Positions 38,022 to 51,499 of a DNA stretch of 64,000 nt are shown piece by piece. The stretch is taken from the NCBI RefSeq assembly GCF_001194135.2, contig NC_068982.1, positions 166,617,138-166,681,137 on the forward strand, given 5' to 3'. This DNA comes from Octopus bimaculoides. Its lineage: Eukaryota. The position numbers and the translations under genes were made by a program. Under the pieces are notes generated by a model. It saw only the letters and a program-made list of their open reading frames with translations. It was not told the origin of the DNA and made no database searches. How positions within the stretch are numbered: the first letter of the stretch is position 1; each line of letters starts with the position of its first letter.

Positions 38022-40252
38022 ATCAACTTGTCTTTGTTAACCTTTGCTCCTGCCACTGCCTCATAACTTTTGATAGCCTCTTCCACGACTGGAAGCTGGC
38101 CCTCATCTGCCACAATGATGGAGATGTCATCTGCGTACGCCATAGCTCCTCTTCCACACCATAGATCATGCGGCGCGACTCCTATCACCTCCAACTTCCG
38201 CAACAATGGCTCAAGAGCCAACACATACAAAAGCAGAGACAGGGGACACCCCTGACGCACTGAACGCTTGATCCCGAATGGCTTCGAAAGAAAACCATTC
38301 AGTTTGATGACAGACTCAATGTCGCTGTACCATGCAGCAATCCAACTGTGGAAGGATGGGCCCAGGCCAGCCTTCCCAAGGACCGCCACCAAGTACCGAT
38401 GGTCAACCCTATCAAACGCCTTAGACTAGTCTAAATGTAACAGTGCCCCCCCACTGTGCCAAAAAGCTTTCCCACCCTCTCTAAGGAGAAGCATATAAGG
38501 TGGAGATTGTCATGGATCATCCTGCCTGGAATAGCGCACATTTGCTCTTCCCCGACAAGTTTGTCCACGACCCACGCCAACCTTTTCACTAGCACCTTGG
38601 CCAAAATCTTTAACTCTGTGTTCAACAGAGTTATGGGCCTGAAGTTCCCTGTTTCGTCCCCCTTGCTCGGGTCCTTCCTGATCAACATCACCAGTCCCCG
38701 GCTTGCAGACTTGGGAATTCTCCCATTCTGTTGCCAATTGGCATAGACACTGACCAGCAGGTGCCCGAACAAGTCTGGCATACTCTTGTAAAATTCATAA
38801 GGCAGACCATCGAGATCCAGCGACTTCTCCCCAGGGCACTCGCCAAGTACCTTGATCACCTCCTCGGTCGTGATTGGCCCTTCACAGCACTCAGCCTCTT
38901 GTGCTGAGAGCGCAGGCCACCAGACAGGAAGTCCCTAAGGGCCTTGCCATGATCCAGCACCCTGCTACTCCTGAACAACTCGGCAAAGTGCTTTTGAAGC
39001 GCCTCACACATCTCGTCCCATCCATCAATCGAACACCCGTTATCATCAACCAGACCTAATTGTGGCACCGTTGCCATGCTGGGTTTCTACCGTACAGGCC
39101 CATCCGGCAACATTAATTCCCTCACGGCCCAATGCATGCACTTTAGCCCGAACTCTGCACCCTTCGTGTTTAGCTTTGAGGTGACGGTCTAAAGTCGTTC
39201 TCGCTGCCAAAATGTGAGATGCAGAGCCCAACCTCAGCACCTCCACTAGGTCCTTAACTAGTTGCCCTTCTATTCTGGCCTTATCTAGTCTTAGCTGACA
39301 GCTAAACCTAATAGACTCAAAACGAATGGCTCTTTTGAGGGTGAACCACCATCGGTTGTTAACCACAGCACCGGTTAATGCCCTCTGTACTAATTCCTTA
39401 ATCCGGCTACAGTATGCCTCGCTAGTCAAAATAGACTTGTTCAGCTTCCAGTATCTGGGTCCTCTTTTAACTGTACTATCTATGTCCAGTCTGCACTTGA
39501 CCATTCTATGGTCAGTGTACACTACTTGGACAAGCTGTGGACAGCTAAAACTAGACTTATCTGCAGTTCTTATCAATATCCTATCAAGATAAGACTTGAA
39601 CCTTCAGTCGCCGCTCATCCAGGTCCACTCTGGGACATTCGGATGGTCAAGTCTGTAACGATCTGCCAGCAGCTGAAAACGCTTAAGCAGATCTACAAGG
39701 CGTGAGTTCGTTTATCCTAACGGTCGAGCCAACGCTATCGATGCGTGCATCAATGATAGCGTTATAGTATCCTAACACCACTAATGTCTTCGACGTCACG
39801 AGAAAGTTCTTTAGGCGCCGATAAAAATCACTTTACAATCCTCTAGCACAAGGTGCATAGATCCCGATCAACCTGAAGGCCTTACTGTTGTGTGTCACAT
39901 CAAGGACGACCAGCTCACCTTCTGGGTCTACATAGACTGTGCTTGTCTGCAGAGCCAAGCCTTTTCGGACCAGCACTACTACACCCCCTCGTCCTCCGGT
40001 CTGGCTAGGAGACATGATTTTCTCATAGTCATTCAGAAGGGGTGAGAAGGCTTGTAGACTGTCCAGCCTGGTCTCTGTAGCAACCATCACATGCATATCG
40101 TGTGATCTGAGGTTGTCGAGGAAACAGGCTTGCTTCCACTTCGAGCTCAGACCACGTACATTCAAACACCCAAGTTTAAGTGTAGTCATTCAAAAAACGA
40201 GGCAAAGCAAGGGTTCTACTTACTCATTGTTTTTTTCCCCTTTTACTGGTGA
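38022..40252 (-). mobile_element. Tx1/L1-clade non-LTR retrotransposon ORF2 fragment (APE endonuclease + RT), frameshifted and truncated at both ends
   Basis: ORF pieces show GCLNVRGL...ATETRL, TDHRMV...YWKLNKSIL, DGLPYEFY, FRPITLLNTELKILAKVL, SVRQGCPLS and AYADDI; clearly more GC-rich than the flanks. Confidence 0.9.
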
Positions 40253-41619
40253 TGCTACTTACCACACAGCCACTCCTATCCATCTATCTGTCTCTCTCTC
40301 TCTGTCTATCTGTCTCTCTCCCTGTCTATCTATCTATTTATCTATCTGTCTCTCTGCCTGCCTCTCTGTCCATCCATCTATCTATCTACCTTTCTGGAAA
40401 AAGATTCATCTCTTTGATACTCAAAGGATTGCATGTAGTAAGAAACTCTAACCATTGCTGAAGTGAATCATCAACTTTAAATGAATAAATAAACTCTACT
40501 ATATATATTGGAGATATTTTCTCCCATTTATATGATGTCCAAACATGATGATGATGCCCTTTCTAACACCAACCTTGTTACAGAGTGTACTGGGGGGTTT
40601 TATTTTTTATTTTCTGGCATCAGCACTAGCAAGGTCACCAACTTCTCTGAGGACAAGACACTCCTCAACTGAGTGAGGCACACTACTAAAGGAGGTAAAA
40701 TTATGATATCTGGACAGAGTTGGTATCATGAAGAGGAGATAATTTTTTTTCCACTTGGAAAGAGAGAGAGATATGGTGAGGATGTATCACAAGATACAAG
40801 GTGAATATGAAAGAAAATAGGAATAGAACAGAAAGAGTGAATGGGCATGTAAGTTTGAGAGAGTGTGATGGATGATTAGATATGGGGATTGAGATGGAGA
40901 CAGTGAGTGCGAGTTTGGTTGGAATGGGGTAAGTTTAGGAAATAAGAATGAGGAAGAGGTGATAAGGGACAGTGATAGGGATACAATGTGAAGTGTAAGG
41001 GAGCACCTAAATGAATATTTCTGCGTTGAGAAGATTGGTGGAGGAATGAGTCTTAGAACATATATCATTATCACCATCATCATCATCATGTAATGTTTGT
41101 TTCCATGCCGGTATGGGTTGGACGGTTTGACTGAGAACTGATAAGTTGGGGACCTGTACCAGGTTCCATTCTAATTTGGCATGGTTTCTATGGCTGGATG
41201 CCCTTCTTAATGCCAACCACTCCAAGAGTGTAGTGGGGACATTTTATGTGCCACCAGCATGGGTGCCAGTTACATGACACCAGCATCAGCCATGACTACA
41301 ATCTCACTTGGCTTGACAGGTCTTCTCAAGCATGGTATCTCACCAAAGGTCTCANNNNNNNNNNTGGCTTGACAGGTCTTCTCAAGCATGGTATCTCACC
41401 AAAGGTCTCAGTCACCTGTCATTGCCTTTGTGAGGCTCAACGCTCAAATGGTGCTTTTTACATGGTTGCCAGTCACCCAGCACTGGCATCGGCTATGACT
41501 ACAATTTCACTTGGCTTGACAAGTCTTCTCAAGCATGGCACATCGCCAAAGGTCTTGGTCATATTAATGAATCTTTTGAATATGTATTGTATATATCAAT
41601 GAAAAATTTGTTTACGCAG

Positions 41620-41990
41620 ACACACGTGTGACTGTGTGGCAAGAAGCTTGCTTCCCAGCCTCATAATTCTGAGTTCAGTCCCACTGTATGGCGCCTTGAG
41701 CAAGTGTCTCCTACTATAGCCTCAGACTGACCAAAGCCTTGTGAGAGGATTTGGTAGATGGAAACTGAAAGAAGCTTGTCGTATATGAATGTGTGTTTGT
41801 GTCTGTGTTTGTACCCCAACACCATTTTGACAGCCAGTGTTGGTGTGTTTACTTAGCAGTTCAACAAAAGTGATTGATAGAAAAAGTACCAGCCTTAAAA
41901 AAAAATAGGTACTGGGGTTGATTCATTCAACTAAAATTTTAAGGTGGTGCCCCAGCATGGCCACACTCTAATGACTGAAACAAGTAAAAG
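41620..41990 (+). mobile_element. tRNA-derived SINE (family B)
   Basis: ctgagttcagtcccactg...caagtgtctcctactatagcc...ccagcatggccacactc...aaacaagtaaaaga. Confidence 0.8.
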
Positions 41991-42868
41991 ATACAAGATA
42001 AAAGAGTATCACACATCATTCAGGAATGAAGCATGATCTTAAAACTATAACTTGATGCCATTCCTCCTGACTTTGTTTTCTCATAACTTGATTAATAATG
42101 CAGAGCTTGGTTTACTATCTCCTACCAATTTCATTTCCTAATATGTTCAAAAGTATAGACTGAAATTATGTTGTTGCCGTAAAACAATTTTTTTTTTTTT
42201 AATAAAAGCATCTCATTCATGTTAGCATAAGATTGTTGATTGGAAGCATTGTAAAATATTATTATCTTATTTATTATCATTGTCATCCTTGTCATCATCA
42301 TGGTGATTCTAATGAGGATATGATCTGATTACTCTGATTACTGTGGCAATTATAACCTTTAACATAATCTTGATGATAGTGAGCATCAGAGATATCATCA
42401 TCATCTGCACCACCATCATCACCATTACCACTACCATCAGCATCATTGTCTCATAATTATTATTTTAATTTTTTTCCCCAACTATTGAATAGGTTTGGAA
42501 TATCTTCCATTAGTTGTTACTATACTACTCTCATTTCCTGATCTCTCTACTTTAATAACATTTTGTTTGCTAAATCATATGGGAGTTTCTCCTTCAGCAG
42601 AGTAATATTTGTCATTTTGATTCAATTTTTTTTTATTATAACAATAACAAACCAACACCACATCCTCATCAACATCATCATTGTTATCACCATTATTATT
42701 ATTATTATATAAGATGACAGTTTCAAGAGAGATGAAAAGGTGAGTTTTGATGAAATGCAAACAATTCTTGACAAATTTTTATTGAACTTATGTAACACTC
42801 TCCACCCACACAATCATATAGTGATATGTATGTATATGTATATATGTATTTGTATGTGTGTGTGTGTA

Positions 42869-42905
<37 letters not shown>

Positions 42906-42951
42906 TAAAAAATAATTACAAAAAGGGGTTTGTATGATAGTGTATAGAGGA

Positions 42952-43247
42952 ATATATTATTCAAAAGAATTCTAACTCTGTCTGTTTTTTATGTTTTATT
43001 TATATTCTTATAAAATTAATGTGGGATATAGAGTATGGAATATATAGTATATATAGTAAAATGAAATGAAGTATTGAATGTCTTATTGAATAAATGAAAT
43101 ATTTAATATTCAATAAGACATTCAATACTTCATTTCATTTTACTATATACACTATATATTCCATATTCTATATCCCACATTAATTTTATAATAATATAAA
43201 TAAAACATAAAAAACAGACAGAGTTGGAATACTTTTGGATAATATAT
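42952..43247. repeat. AT-rich inverted repeat, about 140-bp arms, 14-nt loop
   Basis: Arms 42952-43092 and 43107-43247 differ at about 6 positions. Confidence 0.95.
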
Positions 43248-43258
43248 ATATATATATA

Positions 43259-44531
43259 TTGAGTCATCCCATAAATAATGCAGTTTTTATTTTTCAAAAT
43301 TAAGATAAGCAAAGTTCTTTTTTAATCTAAAATCTACTCTCCTTCATTTTCTACAATGCTCTTCCATCTATCTGGTAGACTTGCAAGGCCCCTCTTCCAA
43401 AATTCACTTGTCTGTGATGAAAATTACTCCTCCACTTCTGTTCTGACCTTGTCTACAGAATTCATATTTTTTCCATCCAAATGATTTTGAAGACTGTGGA
43501 ATAAATGATAATCAGATGGGGCAATGTCCGGCAAATATGGTGGGTGGGGCTTCGTTTCCCATTCAAACTGCTCCAGCCTTTGGAATGTCATCCTCGCTGT
43601 ATGTGGCTGAGCATTATCCTGATGGAAGAACACCTTTCGTCTTGAAACCAAAGATGGTCATTTTTCTTTTAGTGCTGACTTAAGCCGTTCAAGCTGCTTG
43701 CATTAGATCTCCTTTGTTATCATTTGATTTGGGTTTAAAAGTTCAAAGTGGACTAAACCTTTCATATCCCACCTAACAGACAACAACACCTTATGTGGGT
43801 GAAGACTTACTTTAGCCTGGGGTGTTGGTGTTTCTCCTTTCCCTACCCACTGTCTTTGGTGCTTGACATTTTTATAGAGAACCCATTTCTCATCACCAGT
43901 TACTATTTGGTCCAAAAATGGTTCATTTGTGAGATGTGACAGCAAAGAAGCAAACACATTCACTCTGCATGCAATTAGACTTGGAAAGTTTGTGAAGAAC
44001 CCATTGACCCAATTTTATGACTTTTCCAATGGCACACAGGTGTCAATGGATGGTTGAATGATTAAATCCAATCTTCTCTGCTAGTTCCTTGACAGTTATG
44101 ATGGAATTTTGTTCCGCTAGGGTTTGCAAGATGTCCTTGTTGAGCTCTACAGATCTTTCAGGACGAGGCTTGTCTTCTAGGCTGTAGTTTCCAGCTCAGA
44201 ATTTCTAGAACTACTGTTGACACTGGCTTACACTTATTATCTGATCCCCATATACTGCATTAATATTCCTCGCACTTTCCATTGCATTGTTATCTTTATT
44301 GAACTCATAAAGCAAAATATGCTGAATATGCTCCTTTGTCACTTCTCTTATAGCTTTGAAAAAATAACTGTTAAAATCGGACTGCATTCTTCAAAACATG
44401 CACTAAGAATAAGAACAGGGTAAAATTACTACCTGCTTTTATAACAAGTTGATGCAGTTAGTTTATCCCATTCTCCTCCGACTTTTAGTTCATGCAACTG
44501 GAAAAACTGCATTATTTATGGGATGACCTAA
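43259..44531 (-). mobile_element. Full-length-size (1273 bp) degenerate mariner (DD34D) transposon
   Basis: TIRs TT(GA/AG)GTCATCCCATAAATAATGCAGTTTTT at both ends with TA TSD; motifs IVTGDEKW, FHQDNAQPH and HPPYLPDIAPSDYHLF in broken ORFs 43703-43963 and 43424-43651. Confidence 0.92.
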
Positions 44532-44924
44532 TAGATATATACACACACACATATATCATGTGTGGGTCACAACCAGGATGTATATACTATTTCCATATTG
44601 TTCACTACTGTAAATGCTAGAGAGCACAGTTTATGAAAAGTTGACTTTCATATAGGTCAGTAATATAAATTTTAGTAATTATTCTTTTGTATCTCCTATG
44701 GTATTAGTTTATAAGCTGGAAGTACTTCAGGGAAATTGAGACCCTGACTTTATTTCATTTCTAATATTCAAATATATTTCTAGAGAAGGCATGGACATTG
44801 CACAGTCTTATTTCTTCTCACCTCATCATTCCTTTAAATCTCAAAACTTGCTTTTAAGTGAGAAATCAAAATTTTTGTTATTAGTTGATCTGAGAAAGTG
44901 AAAAAATGCCCATATCTTTTTTGC

Positions 44925-45700
44925 CTTCATGATAGGCAGGAGTAATGGAGTGGGTGGTGTGGGCAGACTGTTAGCAGAAAAGTGGGTAGATAAGGTAATT
45001 AAGGTAGTCAGAGTATGTGATAGGGTTACTAAGCTAAGACTTATAAATAAACAGTTACATTTGTCTCTGCCTATGCTCCACAGGCTGGACTGGCTGATGA
45101 CCAGAAGGACCAATTCTACAAGGTCCTTCTGCAGACTATTTCAATGACAAATGACAGAGACTTGGTTATTGAGTCTGGTGACTTTAATGGACATGTTGGG
45201 CAGCATTCTCATGGAGTCCGTGGGGTGCATTGTAGTTATGGCTTTGGCTTTAGGAATGAGGAGTGAACAAGGCTACTGGAGTTTTGTGATGCAAATGATC
45301 TCATGATCTGCAACACTAACTTCAGAAAACCAGCCAGCCACCTAATCACTTATCAGTCTGGTGGGTACATAATCCAGATTGATTACCTCCTCACCAGGCA
45401 ACATGATAAGTAGATGCTCACAAATGCAAAGTCTTTCGCAGATGAAGAGTGTGCACCCCAACATAGGCTACTAGTTAGTGACTTCAGAATTACAGCTAAA
45501 AAGACTCAGAAAAATAAACCTTACTGAAAAAGAAAATTATGGAAGTTCAAAATCCAGCTAACTGACAGAAATTCAGAGACATTCTAATAGAAGCTTCTGA
45601 TGATAGAGGGGGAGGAAGTAGGGACATATTGCTTAAAGGACAATTGGAATTTCCTGTGGATTACTGAGGACTGCAGACCAAATCTGTGGCTGGTACAAAG
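44925..45700 (+). mobile_element. RTE LINE APE-endonuclease fragment
   Basis: NGVGGVG.LLAEKWVDKV, GDFNGHVG, LLEFCDANDLMICNTNFRK, QIDYLL and ECAPQHRLLVSDF. Confidence 0.85.
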
Positions 45701-45989
45701 TCCCAGCTTGACTGCAGGTGACAATGATGATGATGATGATGAAACTGGTTGGGCAGAAATATTTAAGAAAGACTGATGTTGTCACTGACCAGCTATACCT
45801 GTTAATGGTATTAGTATATGGAAAGAAAACAAAATCTGAAAGATATTTTCTGAGGGATACCATTACTTGAAAGGAACATTAAGTAAAACGTCTAGAGCAG
45901 GATTTGGTTGGAAGTAAGATACAACAGAAGAAGAGAATGGGAGTAATGAAAGTGAGCAGGTTTAGATGTATATAGGAAGTGTTATATAA

Positions 45990-46186
45990 AAAGAGGTGCT
46001 GAAAAGTTCCTGGTTTTCATGGTGTTCTGAAAGGTATTCGGAGTTCTTTTACAGGGCTTAGAATAACTGAAGGACTGTTGCAATAAGTGTGTGAATCAGA
46101 AGGGAATATGTTGAATAAAACCATAATTAACTGATTCTCCTCAAATTTCTTTTACTCATAGCCAGGAATTTTCAGCATCCCCTTGT
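45990..46186. mobile_element. Short mariner-derived MITE
   Basis: Inverted ends GGTGCTGAAAAGTTCCTGG / CCAGGAATTTTCAGCATCC about 190 bp apart. Confidence 0.6.
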
Positions 46187-46589
46187 ATAGTCAATATATT
46201 CAAAGAGAAACTATTGTAGGATTGGTAAAAGAGACTGAGGGATATGACAAGCTTGGTTTCTATGAAATTTTACTAGTTTTCACTAAATATAATAATCCTT
46301 CTCACTGTAAATCACCATCATCAACATAGTTACCATCACTATCATCAGTGTCTTCATCGCTTCTGTCATCACAAGTTATTATACTGCAGCACACTTGCTG
46401 TTTCAATATGTTATTGTACATCTACTGGAGAAGGAGTGTTCCATGTATAACTGTTACATGAAACCCACTTAAAAACAAAAAGTTTCGAAGGAAGGAATTC
46501 AAAGTTTACTCCCTGTAAGTTCTCATCATCATCATCCCCACTTACACCACCACAATGACAATGGCAATGTCTGCTTTTCTATGCATAGG

Positions 46590-47010
46590 CTAGACAGGTC
46601 CTTTCCAAAACAATGCCTTGCTGTTTGTTACATTCCTTTTGTGTCTTTTTTGTGATGTTCAACATCCTGACATCATCTTTTGTCACTTCTGTCCATGTCT
46701 TCCTTGGTTTTCATCTTCCCCTGGTTCCCTCCACTTGGATCGCTTCAGAATTTTTTACCTGTCTCTTATTATCCATATGCATTAGATGTTGCAACGATAC
46801 AGTCTTTCTTCTTGCACATTGATTTCTCTTACGTTCGGTTTATCTCTCCGCTCATCTGAATCACATCATTCATGCACATTACAAATCCAATGGAGCATGT
46901 CTGCTTCATTCATTTCTAACCCTCGCATATCCTCTGCACTCACTACCTATATCTCACTGCCATGTAACATTGCACTTTGTACTCAAGCAACATACAATCT
47001 TTCTTTTGCT
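46590..47010 (-). mobile_element. Degenerate RTE LINE 3' coding fragment
   Basis: Reverse strand resembles the RW.G.RGKPRKTW motif of the other RTE ends. Confidence 0.55.
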
Positions 47011-47054
47011 GAAGTACTGTTGCAACAAAATTAATATTGATATTACCATAAAAT

Positions 47055-47621
47055 GAGGTGGTAAGCTGGCAGAATCATTAGTATGCCAGGCAAAATGCTC
47101 AGCGGCATTTCATCCATCTTTACATTATAAGTTCATATTCTGCTGAGATTGACTTTACATTTCATCCTTTAGGGGTTGATAAAATAAGTACCAATTAATC
47201 ACTGGGGTCAATGTAATCGACCTACCCCACTCTGGTGATTGCTGGCCTTGTACCAAAATTTGAAGCTGATATTATCATAGAGTGAATTACTTAAATAATG
47301 TAGGATAGGGATCAAATTTAAAAAGTTGGAATCTATTAAATCAGTACCTACAGGTTGTATATGATCAATCAAAATCTATATGCTGTGTCTATGCCGATGG
47401 TATATACACATTATGTATATCCAATCAATATTTTCAAATTGTATCAATCCAGTGAATATCTACAATCTATACCTATCCAGTCAACACCTAAAGATGATAT
47501 CTATGCAAATTTACATTTAATGACCATGTCAGTTAAGTTAAATTCTACTTGTTGAGCCTATTCAGTTAACATGTACTGATTATACCTAATCAGGCAACAT
47601 CTGAAGACTATATATATACAT

Positions 47622-47673
<52 letters not shown>

Positions 47674-48190
47674 AGGGAAAAAGTTGCAGACTATATCTAA
47701 GGAGTCTCTTAATTAGCTAGCTGAATTTATCTAGGGTTCAATTTAAGGCTGTGTCTCTGCAGACAACATTGGTTTCAAGTTTTGGCACAAGGCCAGCAAG
47801 TTCAGGGTTTGGGGTAAGTCGATTATATCAACCTCAGTGCTCAACTGGTATATATTTTATCAACTTGAAAAGGATGAAAGGCAAAGTCAAACCTAATGGA
47901 ATTTGAACTCAGAATGTAAGTATGGATGAAATGCTGCTAAGGATTTTACCCTGCATGCGAACAGTTCTGCCAACTTGCAACCCTAAGTCAACCTCGGAAT
48001 GTAAGGACGGATGAACTGCCACTAAGCATATTGTCTGGCATACTAACAGTTTTGCCAACTCATCACCTTCCTCTACAGTCAACATTGAAAAACAAGGATT
48101 ATCTAGCCAATATTTACTTGGCGGAATTTGAACTCAGAACGTAAAGACGCATGAAATGCTACTAAACATTTTGCCAACTCATCGCCTTTC
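47055..48190. mobile_element. Cluster of a second tRNA-derived SINE family (family C): one + copy, several partial - copies
   Basis: gctggcagaatcattag...aagttcatattc...gactttacatttcatcc (+, 47060-47270) and gaatttgaactcagaa...gaaatgc repeats (-, 47770-48190). Further copies at 56230-56620 and 58215-58560. Confidence 0.7.
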
Positions 48191-49430
48191 TCTATACACC
48201 AATATCTACAAGCTGTGTTTATTCAATGAACATCTGTATCTATTCAAGTGATACTTACAAATTGTGTTTAAACTCTCAAAAAAATATATATCTGCTTTTT
48301 ATGTTTATCCAGTGAACATCCAAAAATTATATCAACCAGGACAGTATCAGTGCACAATGTGCCTTTCAAGTCAACTCCTAGTCTCTCTAATAAAATGCCT
48401 TTAAAGCAATGTGTCACTCACAACAGATAGTCTGAATAATGCGTTTATTTATCAGGGGGAAAGCCAAGTTTAACTTCTCGATGTAATGATAAGTGGACAC
48501 TCCTGAGTCATATATTCAGTTGTGTATACACCTTCCTTTTCCTGGCTCAGGAAACTATTTTGTGGGAGTTCCACATCTTACCAGTGCTTCCTTTCATATC
48601 TACCACAAACAGATAAATTTGAAAATAAGCATTCATATATCTGTGTAATTGTGTATATGTACATGCTTAGGTTCGCCTCCACATATGTCTGTACACATTT
48701 ACATACTACATGTGTTATTATATTTTCATATATATATCTTTATATAATGTATATTATCTTTCATCTTTTACTTGTTCCAGTCACTAGACTGTGGCTGGCC
48801 ATGCTGGGGCACTGCCTTGAGAAATTTTTAGTCAAACAAATTGAAGCCAGTACTTATTTCTTTTCCTTGTAAATCTGATACTTTTTACTGGTTTCTTTTA
48901 CTGACCTACTAAACTATAGGGACATAAACACACCAACACTGGTGTATATATATGTGTGTGTGTGTGTATGTATGTCTGTATATACACACGCACACACACA
49001 CACACACACACACACTATATATATATATATATTCACATCTGTCCAGAGTTCTTCACTGAAAGCCTTAAATGCTGTAGTCTAACTACTGTATCTTAGGTTT
49101 TTTAATATATGCTGCATAATACATAAATATCTATTTTACACATATACACACATATTTCTGTATGCATATGCATGTATATCTGTCATCGTCATCGTCATCG
49201 TCATCATCATCATCTTCATCATCATTTAGCCTTTGTTTTCCATTCTGGTATGGGTTAGACGGTTTGACTGGAACTGGTAAGCCATAGAGCTGCACCAGAC
49301 TTCAGTCTGTTTTAGGTTAATTTCCACCGTTGGATGCCCTTCCCTAACATCAGCCAGCCCATAGAGTATACTGGACTTCTTTTATGTACCACCAGCTCAG
49401 GTGTCTTTTATGTGTCACTGGCACAGGTGC

Positions 49431-49476
<46 letters not shown>

Positions 49477-49822
49477 AACACATATACACACACATAAATA
49501 CACATATATATGTATGTGTATGTAGGTTTCTATATGTGTGTGTTTGTGCCACCTTGTCTTGACATTGTGCACTAATCATAAACAACCATCACCATCGTAT
49601 AGGCAACTCCATTCATTTGCAATCTTCCATGTAAAGATGTCCATCCATCATATACTTTGTATTCTAAGCCCTTGGGAAAATATGGCCTTTTTTTTTGGAA
49701 TTAGGCGAGGGCAGGTAACAGGAAGAACATCTGACTACAGAAAAATCTGCCTCATTGAATTTCCTTCTGACCCATGCAAGTATGAAAAATCATTTATAAA
49801 AGTGTATCATATACATACAAAC

Positions 49823-49864
<42 letters not shown>

Positions 49865-50027
49865 ATCAACTACCTTGACCAGCCAGATAATGCTTTGAAT
49901 TTGCTGGACACAGCATGTCATCCATTCCATTCTTGATGTCATCCTCCTCCACTGTGTCCCATGGTGCACCAATAATCAGTTGACCTATGCAGTTGTTGAG
50001 TGGTACCTGCATGAGCAGAAACAACCA

Positions 50028-50089
<62 letters not shown>

Positions 50090-51300
50090 GAGCACTAACA
50101 GCACTGTCTGAGCGTGATCATTGCTAGAGCAGCTGTCTGGCTTCTGTGCTAGTGGCCCATAAATAGCACCATTTGAGCGTGATCGTTACCAGCATCACCT
50201 TACTGGCACTTGTGCTGGTGGCACGTTAGAAAATCATTTGAGCACGGTCGTTGCCAGTGCCGATAGAAGTAGTTGATAGCTTCTGTTACTTAGGTGGATG
50301 CTCTGAGAATGTAGCTGCTAGAATAAGAATAACTTGGGTAAAGTTCAGAGAGCTCTTACCTCTGCTGGTAACAAAGGGCCTCTTGCTCAGAGTGAAAGGT
50401 AGATTTGCATGATGCCAGTGTGCAAACAGCCATGCTACACGTCAGTGAAACATGGGCTGTGACTGCTGAGGACATGCGTAGGCTTGAAAGAAATGAATCC
50501 AGTATGCTCCGCTGGATATGTTATGTCATTGTGCATAGACAACAGAGTGTGAGTGTCCTGAGAGAAAAGTTGGACATAAGAAGCATCAGATATGATGTGC
50601 AAAAGAAACAACTGCGCTGGTATGGTCATGTGTTGCATATGGATGAGAACAGCTATGTGAAGAAGAGTCACACCTTAACAGTGGAGGAAACCTGTGGAAG
50701 AAGTAGACCCAGGAAGACCTGGGACGAGGTGGTGAAGCACGACCTTTAAACATTGGGCCGCACAGAGGCAATGACAAGCGACCAAGACCTTTAGAAATAT
50801 GCTGTGCTTGAGAAGACCTAGCAAGTCAAGTGAGATCGTAGCTGTGGCTGATGCCATTTTGCATAACTGGTCCATTTAAAAGCACCCTTCAATCATCTGG
50901 CAATATGCCGTGCTTGTGAAGACTTGTTGAACCAAGTGAAATCATAGTTGTGGCCAATGCTAGTGCTGCCTGACTGGCACCTGTGCCGGTAGCATGTAAA
51001 AGACACCGTTCAAATGTGGCCAATGCCAGTACTGCCTGACTGGCACCTGTGCCGGTGGCACATAAAAGACACCATTCAAGCGTGGTTGATGTCTGTCCAC
51101 CTGAATGGCTCCTGTGCTGGAGCTAAAAAGCATTCAGTACACTTTCGGAGTGGTTGGCATTAGGAAGGGCATCCAGCTGTAGAAACCTTGCCAAATCAGA
51201 TTGGAGCCTAGGGCAGCCTCCCGGCTTGCCAGTTCTCAGTCAAACCTCCAACCCATGTCAGCATGGAAAGCAGACATCAAACAACAATGATGATGATGAT
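50090..51300 (+). mobile_element. RTE LINE 3' coding end plus long 3'UTR with internal tandem units and (GAT)n tail
   Basis: MLHVSETW...RRLERNE..MLRW...LRWYGHV...GRSRPRKTW runs directly into gtgagatcgtag...ttaggaagggcatccagc...agcatggaaa...(gat)n. Confidence 0.85.
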
Positions 51301-51499
51301 GATACAATGGGATTCTTTCAGTTTCCATCTACCAAATCTACCCACGAGGCTTTGATTGGCTTAAGGATATAGTAGAAGAGACTTGCCCAAGGTGCCACAC
51401 AGTGAGACTGAACCTGGAATCGTGTGGTTGGGAAGCGAGCTTCTTACCATACAGCCATGTTTGTGCCTATATGTATATGCACATGCATACACATGCACA

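Noticed and set aside
41309-41410. Exact 46-bp tandem duplication around a 10-N gap
   Set aside because: Identical sequence on both sides of a tiny gap is typical of an unmerged contig overlap.
50090-51130. Repeat-spacer-like array suggesting CRISPR
   Set aside because: Units are degenerate and contiguous, lie inside a LINE 3'UTR, and have no unique spacers or cas genes; the context is eukaryotic.
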